Of a DNA stretch of 13,812 bases, positions 1 through 9,538 are shown piece by piece. This stretch comes from Candidatus Krumholzibacteriia bacterium. Lineage in GTDB: Bacteria > Krumholzibacteriota > Krumholzibacteriia > WVZY01. Each line of letters opens with the position of its first letter. Position 1 is the stretch's first letter. The notes beneath the pieces were generated by a model, which was not told where the DNA came from, did not search any database, and saw only the letters and a program-made list of their open reading frames with translations. Where the stretch lies: NCBI GenBank assembly GCA_046754105.1, contig JBHHVD010000082.1, positions 1 to 13,812 on the forward strand, given 5' to 3'. A program made the position numbers and the translations under genes.

Positions 1-60
1 GAACGGCGGGGATCGTCGGTGCCGGTCTACCAACAGTGGATCGACACCTACGCCTGCGAG
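1..60 (+). other. TenA/thiaminase II-like coding fragment (ERRGSSVPVYQQWIDTYACE) joined in frame to ftsW
   Basis: Frame-1 translation of nt 1-60 resembles the TenA motif P-x-Y-x-x-W-I-x-T-Y (B. subtilis TenA GHPIYQKWIGTYGG, from memory). It does not resemble the hydrophobic FtsW N-terminus. Only 20 codons are available. Confidence 0.45.
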
Positions 61-1059
61 AGCCTGCTCAAGCGCCACCTCGTACGCATGGTAATCGCCG
101 CGCTGTTCCTGCTCGTGGCGTGCAGCATCGACTACCGGATCCTCCGTAAACTTTCGCCGGCCGCGTTCGGCGTGGGGGTAGTTCTGCTGGTGGTCCTTCT
201 CGTCTTCGGGCACAAGATCCGAGAAACGGAACGGTGGCTGACCGTTTTGCGCGTGACGTTCCAGCCGTCGGAATTCGCGCGCCTGGCTCTGGTGATGTTC
301 GTCGCGTACTGGGTTGCCCGCAAGGGGACGGAACTGGACGAATTCAAGAGGGGGTTTCTGCCGGTCGCCCTGGCCGTGGTCTTCGTGCTGGGCTTGATCG
401 CCGCCCAGCCCAATTATGGATCGGCGTCGGCCACGGCGGTTATCGCTTTTTTGATGCTCTATCTCGGGGGCGCCCGTGTCCGGCACCTGCTGCTGTTGGT
501 CCTCTTGATGGCGGGAACAGCCTTCTTGCGCGTTACGAGTGTCGGGTACGTCCGCGCCCGCATCTCGACGTTTCTCAACCCGGGTGAGGGTATCAGCGAC
601 GGCAATTGGCAGTTGAGCCAGTCGCTCATGGCGCTGGGCAGCGGAGGGATTTTCGGCGCAGGTATCGGGGAGAGCCGTCAGAAGCTGGCGTGGCTGCCCG
701 ATTCGCACACCGATTTCATCTTCTCGATTCTCGGCGAAGAGATCGGGCTTCTGGGAACGCTGGCCGTGAGTTCGGTGTTTCTGCTGCTCGCGCTTCGAGC
801 GCTGAAGATATCCACGAACAGCCGCGACCGTTTCGGTTACATGATGGCGGTGGGTGTGGGTTGCTCGGTGTTTGTGTACGCCGTGTTGAATATGTTCGTC
901 GCCACGGGGCTTTTCCCGGTGACCGGCCTGCCGTTGCCATTCTTGAGCTACGGGGGGTCGGCGCTGGTGGTGAACGCCTTTTCAATCGGTATCTTGTTGA
1001 ACGTGTCCAAAAAGAGGCGACTTCAGAGCCCGTCGCGGCTGCGGCGCTCGCGGGCCTGA
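61..1059 (+). CDS. ftsW: SEDS peptidoglycan glycosyltransferase FtsW, 5'-incomplete (first TM helix missing); ORF track start at 19 is doubtful
   Basis: Motifs ERW, FQPSEFARL, QSLMALGSGG, LPDSHTDFIFSILGEE (catalytic Asp of HTDF) and TGLPLPFLSYGGSAL; multiple TM segments; directly upstream of murG. Confidence 0.95.
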   Translation, partial: SLLKRHLVRMVIAALFLLVACSIDYRILRKLSPAAFGVGVVLLVVLLVFGHKIRETERWLTVLRVTFQPSEFARLALVMFVAYWVARKGTELDEFKRGFLPVALAVVFVLGLIAAQPNYGSASATAVIAFLMLYLGGARVRHLLLLVLLMAGTAFLRVTSVGYVRARISTFLNPGEGISDGNWQLSQSLMALGSGGIFGAGIGESRQKLAWLPDSHTDFIFSILGEEIGLLGTLAVSSVFLLLALRALKISTNSRDRFGYMMAVGVGCSVFVYAVLNMFVATGLFPVTGLPLPFLSYGGSALVVNAFSIGILLNVSKKRRLQSPSRLRRSRA

Positions 1060-1083
1060 CGTGGTCCCCAAGGAGGGTTCGAC

Positions 1084-2223
1084 TTGCGTGTGATGATCGC
1101 GGGTGGGGGCACCGGGGGGCATGTGTACCCCGGCATCGCGATATACAATGCGCTCCGCCGGGCGGGAGGCCCGGTGGAGGTCCTTTTCGTGGGTGCCAAG
1201 GCTGGTGTGGAATCCCGGATCTTCGAGGAATTGAACCTGCCCTACATCCTGCTGTCCGGCCGCGGTGTGCGTGGCTCTTCGCTTCTCAGGAAGCTCGCGA
1301 GCCCGTTCCTGCTGGCGGCAGGGATCGTGGCCGGAATTCGTGCCGTAGCGTCTTTCAACCCCGACGTCGTGATCGGCACGGGCGGATACGCCAGCGTGGC
1401 GACGGTGGCCGCGGCCGTGGTGTGCCGCAGGCGCCGGGTGCTGCAGGAACAGAACAGCGTGCCGGGTATGGCCAACCGCGTGCTGTCGAGATTCGCGCAT
1501 CTGGTGCTGCTGTCGTACCAGGAATCCAGGGTCTTCTTCGGCGGACTGAAGCGTTATGCGGTTGTCGGCAACCCGCTCAGGGTCGAGCCCGGCGGCGATC
1601 GCGCGGCGGCGTTGCGGTTTTTCGGCCTGCGTGGCGACCTGTCCACCGTGCTCGTCTTTGGCGGCAGCCGGGGCGCGCAATCGATCAACGCGGCCGCGCG
1701 ATCGGCGGTGCGCGCGATACTGAAGGGGCGAGACGTGCAGTTTGTGCTGCTGACCGGGGAGGCTGATTTCGAAGCTGTCTCGCGCGACCTGGCCGACGTC
1801 GGTGACTACGTGCGTGTCTACCCATTCCTGAACGAAATCCAGCACGCGTACAACGCCGCGGATATCGCGGTGTCGCGGGCCGGAGCGTCCGCGGTCTTCG
1901 AGTTGGCGGCGTTCGGTGTGCCGGCGGTGTTCATCCCGTATCCGTACGCGGCAGACGATCACCAGCAACGAAACGTCGCCACGCTGGAAAACATGGGCGC
2001 AGCGGTAGTGATCGACAACGAGACCCTCGATGGCAAAGGACTCGAGACGATCATTCTATCGCTCCTGGACGACGGTGAGCGCAGGGCCGGTATGTCCGCG
2101 CGGCTCCGCGAATGGTCGCGGGCCGGAGCGGCCGACCTGGCCGCGCGGCACGTCATCGACGTGGTCGAGAGCCGGCGTCAGGAACAGCGAGTGGTGCTAC
2201 GGCCCCGGGGCGTGCGCGGATAG
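1084..2223 (+). CDS. murG: Undecaprenyl-PP-MurNAc-pentapeptide GlcNAc transferase MurG
   Basis: GGGTGGHVYP, GTGGYAS, QEQNSVPG, VGNPLR, GGSRGA, SRAGASAVFE and PYPYAADDHQ motifs. TTG start with AGGAGG at 1071-1076. Confidence 0.98.
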   Translation: MRVMIAGGGTGGHVYPGIAIYNALRRAGGPVEVLFVGAKAGVESRIFEELNLPYILLSGRGVRGSSLLRKLASPFLLAAGIVAGIRAVASFNPDVVIGTGGYASVATVAAAVVCRRRRVLQEQNSVPGMANRVLSRFAHLVLLSYQESRVFFGGLKRYAVVGNPLRVEPGGDRAAALRFFGLRGDLSTVLVFGGSRGAQSINAAARSAVRAILKGRDVQFVLLTGEADFEAVSRDLADVGDYVRVYPFLNEIQHAYNAADIAVSRAGASAVFELAAFGVPAVFIPYPYAADDHQQRNVATLENMGAAVVIDNETLDGKGLETIILSLLDDGERRAGMSARLREWSRAGAADLAARHVIDVVESRRQEQRVVLRPRGVRG

Positions 2224-2238
2224 CGCGGAGAATACGTC

Positions 2239-3621
2239 ATGGTCTACCTGGGAAGAACGAGAAGAATCCATTTCGTGGGGATCGGCGGTATCGGAATGAG
2301 CGGCATCGCAGAGGTTCTGATCAATTTGGGCTTTGAAGTATCCGGATCCGACCTGCGGAGCTCCGAGACTACCGATAACCTGAAAAAGCTTGGAGCTACG
2401 ATCCACGTTTCGCACGACGCGGAGAACGTCGCCGGATCCGATGTCGTCGTCTATTCGAGCGCGGTGAGCGCGACCAATCCCGAGCTCGCCGAGGCGAAGA
2501 GGAACGCCGTTCCAACCATTCCGCGCACGGAGATGCTCGCCGAGCTGATGCGTTTGAAATTCGCGGTGACGGTCGCCGGGTCCCACGGCAAGACCACGAC
2601 GACTTCCCTCGTGTCATCGGTTCTGGCCTGCGGCGGGCTGGATCCGACGGTCGTAGTCGGCGGCAAACTCAAGGCCATCGGCAGCAACGCCCGGCTCGGT
2701 GGCAGCCGCTACATCATCGCCGAAGCCGACGAGAGCGACGGCAAGTTCGTGCAGCTTCCGTCGAGTGTCGCGGTGATTACAAATATCGACCTCGAGCATC
2801 TCGACTACTATCCCGACCTGGAGGCGATCAAGGACGCTTTCGTGGATTATGCGAGCCGGGTGCCGTTTTACGGCTCGGTAATCCTCTGTGCGGATGACCC
2901 GAATGTCATGTCGATCGTGCCCCGCATTCGCAAGCGTAAAGTCACGTATTCCCTGGGTGGGAACGCCGACTTGCTCGGCATCGTGAACAAGAGGGACGAG
3001 AGCGGGTGCGTCTTCAAAGTACGTCATCAGGACAAGCAGCTCGGTACGATTCGTGCCGGTTTGCCCGGTGATCACTACGTGCGCAACGCGCTGGCCGCCG
3101 TGGCCATCGGCCTCGAGCTCGACGTTCCCTTCGAGGCCATTAAGCGCGGTATCGAGGAGTTCGAAGGCGTCGGCCGGCGTTTTGAAATCAAAGGGGAGGC
3201 CGCGGGCGTTACCGTGGTCGATGATTACGGCCATCACCCGACGGAGATCGCGGCGACGATAAAGGGCGCGAAGGAGAACTACGGCAGAAGGTTGTTTGTC
3301 TTCTTCCAGCCGCACCGCTACACGCGTACCCAGGCGCTTGCCGACCAGTTCGCGACCTGCTTCGCCGGGGCGCACGCCGTTTTCGTCACCGACATCTACG
3401 CCGCCGGCGAAGATCCGGTTCCGGGCGTGTCCGCGGGTTTGATTATCGACGGGGTCAGGGAGGCGGGCGGCACGGAGGTACATCACGCCTCGTCCTTTGA
3501 CGACATGATCGACCAGGCGCTGCCGCAGCTCGGCAAGGGAGACATGGTGCTGACCCTCGGTGCGGGTGACATCTACAAGGCGGGAGAGATGCTGCTTCTC
3601 CGCCTCGGAAAAGGCCGCTAG
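2239..3621 (+). CDS. murC: UDP-N-acetylmuramate--L-alanine ligase MurC
   Basis: IHFVGIGGIGMSG, GSHGKTTT P-loop, EADESD, DLEHLD, DDYGHHPTE, FQPHRYTRT and GAGDI motifs; GGAG upstream of the ATG. Confidence 0.98.
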   Translation: MVYLGRTRRIHFVGIGGIGMSGIAEVLINLGFEVSGSDLRSSETTDNLKKLGATIHVSHDAENVAGSDVVVYSSAVSATNPELAEAKRNAVPTIPRTEMLAELMRLKFAVTVAGSHGKTTTTSLVSSVLACGGLDPTVVVGGKLKAIGSNARLGGSRYIIAEADESDGKFVQLPSSVAVITNIDLEHLDYYPDLEAIKDAFVDYASRVPFYGSVILCADDPNVMSIVPRIRKRKVTYSLGGNADLLGIVNKRDESGCVFKVRHQDKQLGTIRAGLPGDHYVRNALAAVAIGLELDVPFEAIKRGIEEFEGVGRRFEIKGEAAGVTVVDDYGHHPTEIAATIKGAKENYGRRLFVFFQPHRYTRTQALADQFATCFAGAHAVFVTDIYAAGEDPVPGVSAGLIIDGVREAGGTEVHHASSFDDMIDQALPQLGKGDMVLTLGAGDIYKAGEMLLLRLGKGR

Positions 3622-3626
3622 GGGTC

Positions 3627-4556
3627 ATGCAAACGGTGCGACGAATGGATATGCCGACCGATGACAGAATTGCCGAGAAACTCAGCAGGCAGTGCAGGCG
3701 GGGGTTTCGCCGCGACGAGCCGATGGCGCGCCACACTTCGATCGGCGCTGGAGGCAACGCACGCTACTTCGCGATCCCGGGAAGCGCCCGGGAAGTCGTG
3801 GGCCTGGTGCGGACCGCGATAGAGCACGGTGTGGAGTACATGGGCGTCGGACGAGGGTCGAACCTGCTCGTGCGCGACGGTGGCTACGATGGGTTAATCA
3901 TAAAGGTTACCGGCAGCATGGGGAGAGTTCGTCTCTACAAACGCAGTGTATTTGCGGAAGCCGGCGCGTCGTTTACGCGCGTAGGCCGGATCGCCACCCG
4001 CAACGGTCGTCCAGGGTTCGAGTTCGCGATCGGCATCCCCGGTTCGGTTGGCGGCGCCGTTCGTATGAACGCCGGAGCCTTTGGGTCAGAGCTGGCAAGT
4101 GTTGTCAAGAGTGTCAAGGTGATCGACGGACAAGGCCGCATCGTCCTGTTGGCCCCCGGCGATCTGGCGTTTCGCTACCGGGAGAGCGCGCTGCCCCCCA
4201 GGGCGATCGTTCTTTCGGCCACGTTCCATTGCCCGCCGGGGAAGATGGACGGCACCCAACTCGAGCGCACGCTCAGCCGCAAGCAAAACCAGCCGCTCTC
4301 GGAGCGGAGTTTCGGCAGCACGTTCAAGAACCCGCCGGGTGGTTTCGCGGCGAAACTGATCGAACAGTGCGGCCTGAAGGGAGAAAGACGTGGAGGGGCG
4401 ATGATATCGGAAAAACACGCCAATTTCATGATCAATGTGGGCGAAGACACGCACGCGAATGATTTCGAGGACCTCATCGAGGTTGTTATCGAGCGCGTCG
4501 ACGCACATTTCGGTGTACGTCTCAGACCGGAGGTGGTTGTCATTGGCAATCGGTAA
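3627..4556 (+). CDS. murB: UDP-N-acetylenolpyruvoylglucosamine reductase MurB (short type)
   Basis: GRGSNLLVRDGG, GIPGSVGGAVRMNAGAFG, FRYRES, GSTFKNPPG, SEKHANF and LRPEV motifs. The start could be a slightly later ATG. Confidence 0.97.
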   Translation: MQTVRRMDMPTDDRIAEKLSRQCRRGFRRDEPMARHTSIGAGGNARYFAIPGSAREVVGLVRTAIEHGVEYMGVGRGSNLLVRDGGYDGLIIKVTGSMGRVRLYKRSVFAEAGASFTRVGRIATRNGRPGFEFAIGIPGSVGGAVRMNAGAFGSELASVVKSVKVIDGQGRIVLLAPGDLAFRYRESALPPRAIVLSATFHCPPGKMDGTQLERTLSRKQNQPLSERSFGSTFKNPPGGFAAKLIEQCGLKGERRGGAMISEKHANFMINVGEDTHANDFEDLIEVVIERVDAHFGVRLRPEVVVIGNR

Positions 4557-5313
4557 GACGAAGGCTCAGCGGCGCATGGCGTTCAAAACCATGGTGAGGC
4601 GGCTGATGACGTCTGCAGCGCTCGGCGTAGTGATCGTGGCCAGTTTGTACCTGTATAACTTCTTGACAACAACTGAGAAACTGGCTATTGGACACGTGGA
4701 GTTCACGGGGCTCAGCCGGGTGGACGGCGCAGAAATGGCCCGGTTGGTGGCCGATCTGGAAGGCCAGAACATCCTGCTCGTCCCGCTGGAGCAGTACTCG
4801 GCAAGATTCAACGGGCACCCGCGGGTACGGAGGGCCGAGCTCAAGCGAATCCTCCCGGACCGGATCGTGTGCACCGTGGAGGAGAGAGAGCCGGTGGCGC
4901 TCGTCTTTGCCGGCAATTTCCACGAGGTGGACGAGGACGGTATGATTATGCCGTCCGACGACCTCACCGAGCTGCTCGACCTGCCGATCATCTCCGGCCT
5001 GGACAGCGACGCGGTGAGGGAGGGAAAGCGGTGTCGCGAACCGAGGCTAATGGCCGCCCTGAGCACGCTAGCGATCTGCAAGCGATACGGAGGGAGTTTT
5101 GCCGGAAACATCTCGGAATTGAGGCTTGGCAGGAGTGGAATAAATGTTGTCTCTTTGAAAGAGGGTATGGTACTGCTGCTGGGAGACGGCCAGGTCGAGA
5201 GGCGGCTGAAGAAGTTCTTTGTACTGAGAAACAAGATCAGCGAGGAAGACACGGGAGCCAGGTTCGTGGATCTGCGCTTCGATGACCAGATTGTACTGCG
5301 GAGCGGAATTTAG
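4543..5313 (+). CDS. ftsQ: Cell division protein FtsQ/DivIB
   Basis: Basic N-tail, one TM helix, POTRA-like region, RILPDRIVCTVEEREPVA and C-terminal VDLRFDDQIV; lies between murB and ftsA. Start reassigned to TTG 4543 with GGAGGT at 4529-4534, overlapping the murB end by 14 nt. Confidence 0.92.
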   Translation: MAIGKTKAQRRMAFKTMVRRLMTSAALGVVIVASLYLYNFLTTTEKLAIGHVEFTGLSRVDGAEMARLVADLEGQNILLVPLEQYSARFNGHPRVRRAELKRILPDRIVCTVEEREPVALVFAGNFHEVDEDGMIMPSDDLTELLDLPIISGLDSDAVREGKRCREPRLMAALSTLAICKRYGGSFAGNISELRLGRSGINVVSLKEGMVLLLGDGQVERRLKKFFVLRNKISEEDTGARFVDLRFDDQIVLRSGI

Positions 5314-5335
5314 ACCCCGAGAGGTAGGTGACACT

Positions 5336-6568
5336 GTGAGGACGGACGCACAACTGGTTGGAAGCCTCGATATGGGAACTACGAAAGTATCCGCTATGCT
5401 GGGCGAAAAGAGGGACGACGGCGTACGCATCATCGGCATCGGAGTCACGGCCGCCGACGGGCTGAAGCAGGGCGTCGTCGTGGATATCGACCGGGCGTCG
5501 CGATCCGTTGCCCGGGCGGTCGCGGATGCCGAGAAGATGGCGGGAATATCCCTGACAACCTACAACGTGGGAGTGGCGGGAGAACACATCCGCAGTATGA
5601 ACAGCCGCGGCGTCGTGGGCATTCCCAACCCGGAAAACGAAATCGGACGCGAGGACGTGACACGGTCGCTCAACGCAGCGCGGAACTTCGAGTTGCCGCA
5701 CGACCGGGAGATCCTGCACATGCTTCCCCAGCAATACATAATCGACAACCAGGAGGGCATCCGTGAGCCTTCCGGCATGTACGGCTCGCGGCTGGAAGCG
5801 AGGGCACACGTGGTAACCGCCTCACGGGCCGCGATGGACAATATCGAGAAGACCCTCGATATGGCCGGCCTGGAACTCGGCGACCTGGTGCTGGAACCGC
5901 TGGCGTCGAGTTGTTCGCTCTTGACCGAGGACGAGAAGCAGATCGGTGTCATGCTGATCGACATCGGCGGCGGAACGACGGACGTAATGATCTACAGCGA
6001 CGTCGGCGTGATCGCCAGCGGGGTTATCGGCATCGGCGGCAATAACATCACGAGCGATATCGCCTACGGGTTGCGGACCGCCATACGGTCCGCGGAAACG
6101 ATCAAGATCCGGCACGGCTGCGCCCTGACCGGCATGGTGCCCCCGCAGGAGGCCATCGACGTGCCCGGAATCGGCTTCCGGGATTCCCGGCGCGTCGGAG
6201 GGCAGTTTCTCTCGGGAATCATCGAACCGCGGGTGACCGAGTTATTCACGTTGATCAACGATCAGATGATCAAACAAGACTACAAGCAGTGTGTCGGCTC
6301 GGGCGTCGTCCTCAGCGGAGGCTCGTCCATGCTTGCGGGAACACGTGAGCTTGCCGAGCAGGTTTTCGACCTTCCGGTGAGAATCGGCGCGCCGCTGGCC
6401 GTGGAAGGCCTGACCGAGGTCGTCGACCATCCGATGTACGCAACCGGCGTGGGGCTCCTGCTCTATGACGGCGAGCCGGTCGCGAGAAACACGGTGAGAT
6501 TATCCGCAGGAAATTGGTGGAAACAATCGGTGAACCAGCTGCGCAAAGCGATCGCCAGTTTCATCTAG
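5336..6568 (+). CDS. ftsA: Cell division protein FtsA
   Basis: [55 protein letters not shown] and GVVLSGGSS motifs; C-terminal amphipathic helix [17 protein letters not shown]. Start reassigned to GTG 5336 behind GAGGTAGGTGA. Confidence 0.97.
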   Translation: MRTDAQLVGSLDMGTTKVSAMLGEKRDDGVRIIGIGVTAADGLKQGVVVDIDRASRSVARAVADAEKMAGISLTTYNVGVAGEHIRSMNSRGVVGIPNPENEIGREDVTRSLNAARNFELPHDREILHMLPQQYIIDNQEGIREPSGMYGSRLEARAHVVTASRAAMDNIEKTLDMAGLELGDLVLEPLASSCSLLTEDEKQIGVMLIDIGGGTTDVMIYSDVGVIASGVIGIGGNNITSDIAYGLRTAIRSAETIKIRHGCALTGMVPPQEAIDVPGIGFRDSRRVGGQFLSGIIEPRVTELFTLINDQMIKQDYKQCVGSGVVLSGGSSMLAGTRELAEQVFDLPVRIGAPLAVEGLTEVVDHPMYATGVGLLLYDGEPVARNTVRLSAGNWWKQSVNQLRKAIASFI

Positions 6569-6587
6569 TTCGCGAAAGGAGCAAGGC

Positions 6588-7823
6588 ATGCGTTTTCAGC
6601 TCGAGGAAGACAAGAGACTGACCGTCCTGAAAGTGGTGGGCATCGGTGGTGCGGGGGGCAACGCGGTGAACCGAATGGTGAGCAACGGGTTTACGGGGGT
6701 CGACTTCATAGCCCTGAACACGGATCTGCAGGTGCTGCGCAGCTCGGAGGCGCAGCAGCGCGTGCAGATCGGAGCCAAGTTGACGCGCGGGCTCGGGTCC
6801 GGGGGCGATCCGGCGATCGGCGAGATGGCAGCCGAGGAGAGCCGCGACATACTCAAGGAAAGCCTCCAGGGCGCCGACATGGTATTTCTCACCGCTGGAA
6901 TGGGTGGTGGCACCGGCACCGGTGCCTCGCCGGTCGTCGCCGCCATCGCGCGGGAGACGGGGGCGCTGACCGTTGGCGTGGTCAGCCGGCCGTTTTCGTT
7001 CGAGGGCGACAAGCGGGCCGCACAGGCGGAGGCGGGAATCGAGGAGTTGAAACGTGAGGTGGACACCCTGCTCGTTATACCGAACGACAAGCTGCTCAGC
7101 ATCACCGAGGATGACACGTCACTGCTCGCAGCCTTCTCCGTGGCCGATGAGGTCCTGTGCAACGCGACCCGAGGTATTTCGGACCTCATTACCGAGACGG
7201 GCGTGGTGAATCTGGATTTTGCCGACGTCAAGAGCGTGATGAGCGACGGTGGAGACGCGATCATGGGCACCGGCATCTGCTCCGGTGCGAACTGCGCCGA
7301 ACAGGCCGCCCACACCGCGATCTCCAGTCCGCTTCTGGACAACATATCCATCCGCGGGGCGAGCGGCATTCTCGTGAACATCACCGGCTCCAAATCCCTG
7401 AGCCTCCAGCAGGTGAGCCGGGCCGCTTCCATCATCAACAAGGAAGCGGGCCCCGGAGCGCACGTTTTCCTCGGAGCGGTCATCAACGATAAGGTGCAGG
7501 CGGACGAAATCCGCGTGACCGTCATCGCGACCGGTTTCAGTGCCGCCCCTCAGGTCAGGGATGAAGAAATCGTCGCTGAGAAAGATATCAATTTCGCGGA
7601 GCTCCTCAGCAGCCCGCACCCGGTGGTTCGCATAGCCCAGGAGCCGGCGGTGGAAGAGCCCCGTGTGAAAAGGCCGGTGCCAGAACCAGTTGTGGAGCCG
7701 GTCGTGGAGCCGGCCGAGGCGGAAACGGAGGAGGAAACGGTTGTTATTGACAACGGGTCCATACGGTCGTTCAATTCCGATAATTTCCGGGTGCCGACGT
7801 TCGTGCGAAAACAGATGGATTAG
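6588..7823 (+). CDS. ftsZ: Cell division GTPase FtsZ
   Basis: [19 protein letters not shown], tubulin signature [17 protein letters not shown]7 loop NLDFADV, acidic/Pro linker and C-terminal peptide [18 protein letters not shown] precedes the ATG. Confidence 0.99.
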   Translation: MRFQLEEDKRLTVLKVVGIGGAGGNAVNRMVSNGFTGVDFIALNTDLQVLRSSEAQQRVQIGAKLTRGLGSGGDPAIGEMAAEESRDILKESLQGADMVFLTAGMGGGTGTGASPVVAAIARETGALTVGVVSRPFSFEGDKRAAQAEAGIEELKREVDTLLVIPNDKLLSITEDDTSLLAAFSVADEVLCNATRGISDLITETGVVNLDFADVKSVMSDGGDAIMGTGICSGANCAEQAAHTAISSPLLDNISIRGASGILVNITGSKSLSLQQVSRAASIINKEAGPGAHVFLGAVINDKVQADEIRVTVIATGFSAAPQVRDEEIVAEKDINFAELLSSPHPVVRIAQEPAVEEPRVKRPVPEPVVEPVVEPAEAETEEETVVIDNGSIRSFNSDNFRVPTFVRKQMD

Positions 7824-7838
7824 ATTCGGAGGGTACGC

Positions 7839-9494
7839 TTGTCTCTCTGGAGCAGGCTTTTTCGAAGCTCTGCCAGCGAACACTACCAGAAGGGGATACG
7901 GTACTTCAACGAGGGCGACTACGACCGCGCCGTAGAATATCTGGAAAAGGTTGTTGCCGGCGGGAAAGGCCGCGGCGATAGCGCCATCGCCAAGCTAGGC
8001 GCGTTTTACGCCGCGGAAGCGCACAGCAAGCTGGGGATGGCCGAGTTCTACCGCGGCAAGCTGGAGCGGGCGCGCGAGCACTTCAAAACTGCGTTGGCGG
8101 CCAATCCTCACTACCCGGACCTCTACTATTACCTCGGCGTTGTTTATCATCAAAGAGACGATGTGGACGCGGCGATCGAGCATCTGACCAAGGCGGTCGA
8201 GCTGAACTCGGAATACGCCGAGGCCACTTGCTATCTCGGTATCGCGCTCCACGACGCCGGATTCTTCGAACAGGCGAGCCAGTGCTTCTCGCGGGCGCTC
8301 GATCTCAGCCGCATCGCGCCCAATCCGCTTAGCCGCCTGCTGGTGGAAAAACTCGATTCCCGATCGTTCGAGCATCCAGAGCTGCAGGAACTGAAGCGGG
8401 TCGTCGTGGAGAATTCGAGTTTTCAGAATCAGATCAAGGAAGGCAACAGCGCCTTCAACCGCGGTGATTACGAGCAGGCCGTGGTTTGTTTCGGGGAAGC
8501 CGTCAAGCTCAAGGCGGACTACGCGGACCTGCAGTGCAAGCTGGGCCTGTCGTACCTCCACTGCGGCAAGGAGGACGCGGCCATCGAGTGCTTCAAGTAC
8601 TCCGTGGAGCGCAACCCGGACTATGTGGAGGGTCTCTACTGCCTGGGAGTCATGCACTACCGCCGCCAGGAATACCCGTCCAGCCGCGAGTGCCTTTCGA
8701 AAGCCGTTCTACACAAACCGGAATACTCCGACATCCAGTGCCAGTTGGGGATCGTTCACATGGCGCTGGGCGAGTATGGCGAGGCAAGAACACGCCTGGC
8801 GAAAGCGCTGGAGCTGTCGCCCGATTACGCGCGGGCGCATTACATGCTCGGACTCACGCTCCATGCCCTGGACGACGAATCGGGGGCCAACCGCGAATTC
8901 AGACAATCACTAACGCTGGACCCGAACCTTTTTGCCCTCGATCTCGACCTGGGCGTTGAGCGACTGAGGGCTTCGGACTGGCGGGAGGCGATGGAGTGTT
9001 TCGAAAGGGTGGTGGGAAGGAATCCGCAGCACGCGGACGCGCTGTGTTTTCTCGGTGGTGTGTACCTGCATCGGGAAGAGCTGGAAACGGCGGAAGGGCA
9101 CCTCAAGAAGGCCCTCGAGATCAACCCGGAATATGTCGAGGCAAGAAAACAGCTGGCGCTCGTATATTTCAAGTGCAAGAAATACGACCTGGCCGTGCGG
9201 CTGATCACCGAGGCGCTCGAACTCCACCAGGACTACGCGGACCTGCACAAGATCCTTGGCGACATTCACCTCAAGACGGACAACCCGGGCGCCGCGGTAG
9301 AAGCGTACGAGCACGGCCTGGCGATCAACCGTGACTATTCGGACGCGGTGCAAGGACTGGTTGTGGCGATGCGTCGTCTCGGCCGGGGCAAAGAGGCCGA
9401 CCACATCCTCCAGGAGTACCTGCAACGAAACCCGGCCGACCTGGCGGCGAGAGTGCTGCTCACGACGGAACGCATGAAGCTCGAAGAAGTCTGA
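7839..9494 (+). CDS. Tetratricopeptide-repeat protein, about 14 TPRs (4 + linker + 10), function unknown
   Basis: 34-aa periodicity of x-D/E-x-x-x-x-LG...A...F..AL..NP.Y units (NPHYPDLYYYLG, DYADLQCKLG, PEYSDIQCQLG, DYADLHKILG). TTG start with GGAGG at 7828-7832, 15 nt after the ftsZ stop. No signal peptide is seen. Confidence 0.93.
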   Translation: MSLWSRLFRSSASEHYQKGIRYFNEGDYDRAVEYLEKVVAGGKGRGDSAIAKLGAFYAAEAHSKLGMAEFYRGKLERAREHFKTALAANPHYPDLYYYLGVVYHQRDDVDAAIEHLTKAVELNSEYAEATCYLGIALHDAGFFEQASQCFSRALDLSRIAPNPLSRLLVEKLDSRSFEHPELQELKRVVVENSSFQNQIKEGNSAFNRGDYEQAVVCFGEAVKLKADYADLQCKLGLSYLHCGKEDAAIECFKYSVERNPDYVEGLYCLGVMHYRRQEYPSSRECLSKAVLHKPEYSDIQCQLGIVHMALGEYGEARTRLAKALELSPDYARAHYMLGLTLHALDDESGANREFRQSLTLDPNLFALDLDLGVERLRASDWREAMECFERVVGRNPQHADALCFLGGVYLHREELETAEGHLKKALEINPEYVEARKQLALVYFKCKKYDLAVRLITEALELHQDYADLHKILGDIHLKTDNPGAAVEAYEHGLAINRDYSDAVQGLVVAMRRLGRGKEADHILQEYLQRNPADLAARVLLTTERMKLEEV

Positions 9495-9512
9495 ATCGGG
9501 GGTGTGTGTGGC

Positions 9513-9537
9513 GAATCGCCGCGACGGGCGGCGATTC
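9513..9537. terminator. Perfect 10-bp GC-rich hairpin after the TPR gene (possible 3' boundary of the dcw transcript)
   Basis: GAATCGCCGC-gacgg-GCGGCGATTC, 18 nt after the TPR stop. There is no downstream U-tract on either strand, so it is not a canonical intrinsic terminator. Confidence 0.45.
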
Positions 9538-9538
9538 C

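Noticed and set aside
6604..6610. AGGAAGA near the ftsZ start as a target of the RNA loop
   Set aside because: Only 7 nt of complementarity, and the same 7-mer occurs elsewhere (for example in ftsQ); chance level.
7692..7713. GTGGAGCCGG tandem repeat in ftsZ
   Set aside because: It encodes VEPV/VEPA in the variable disordered linker; ordinary low-complexity sequence.
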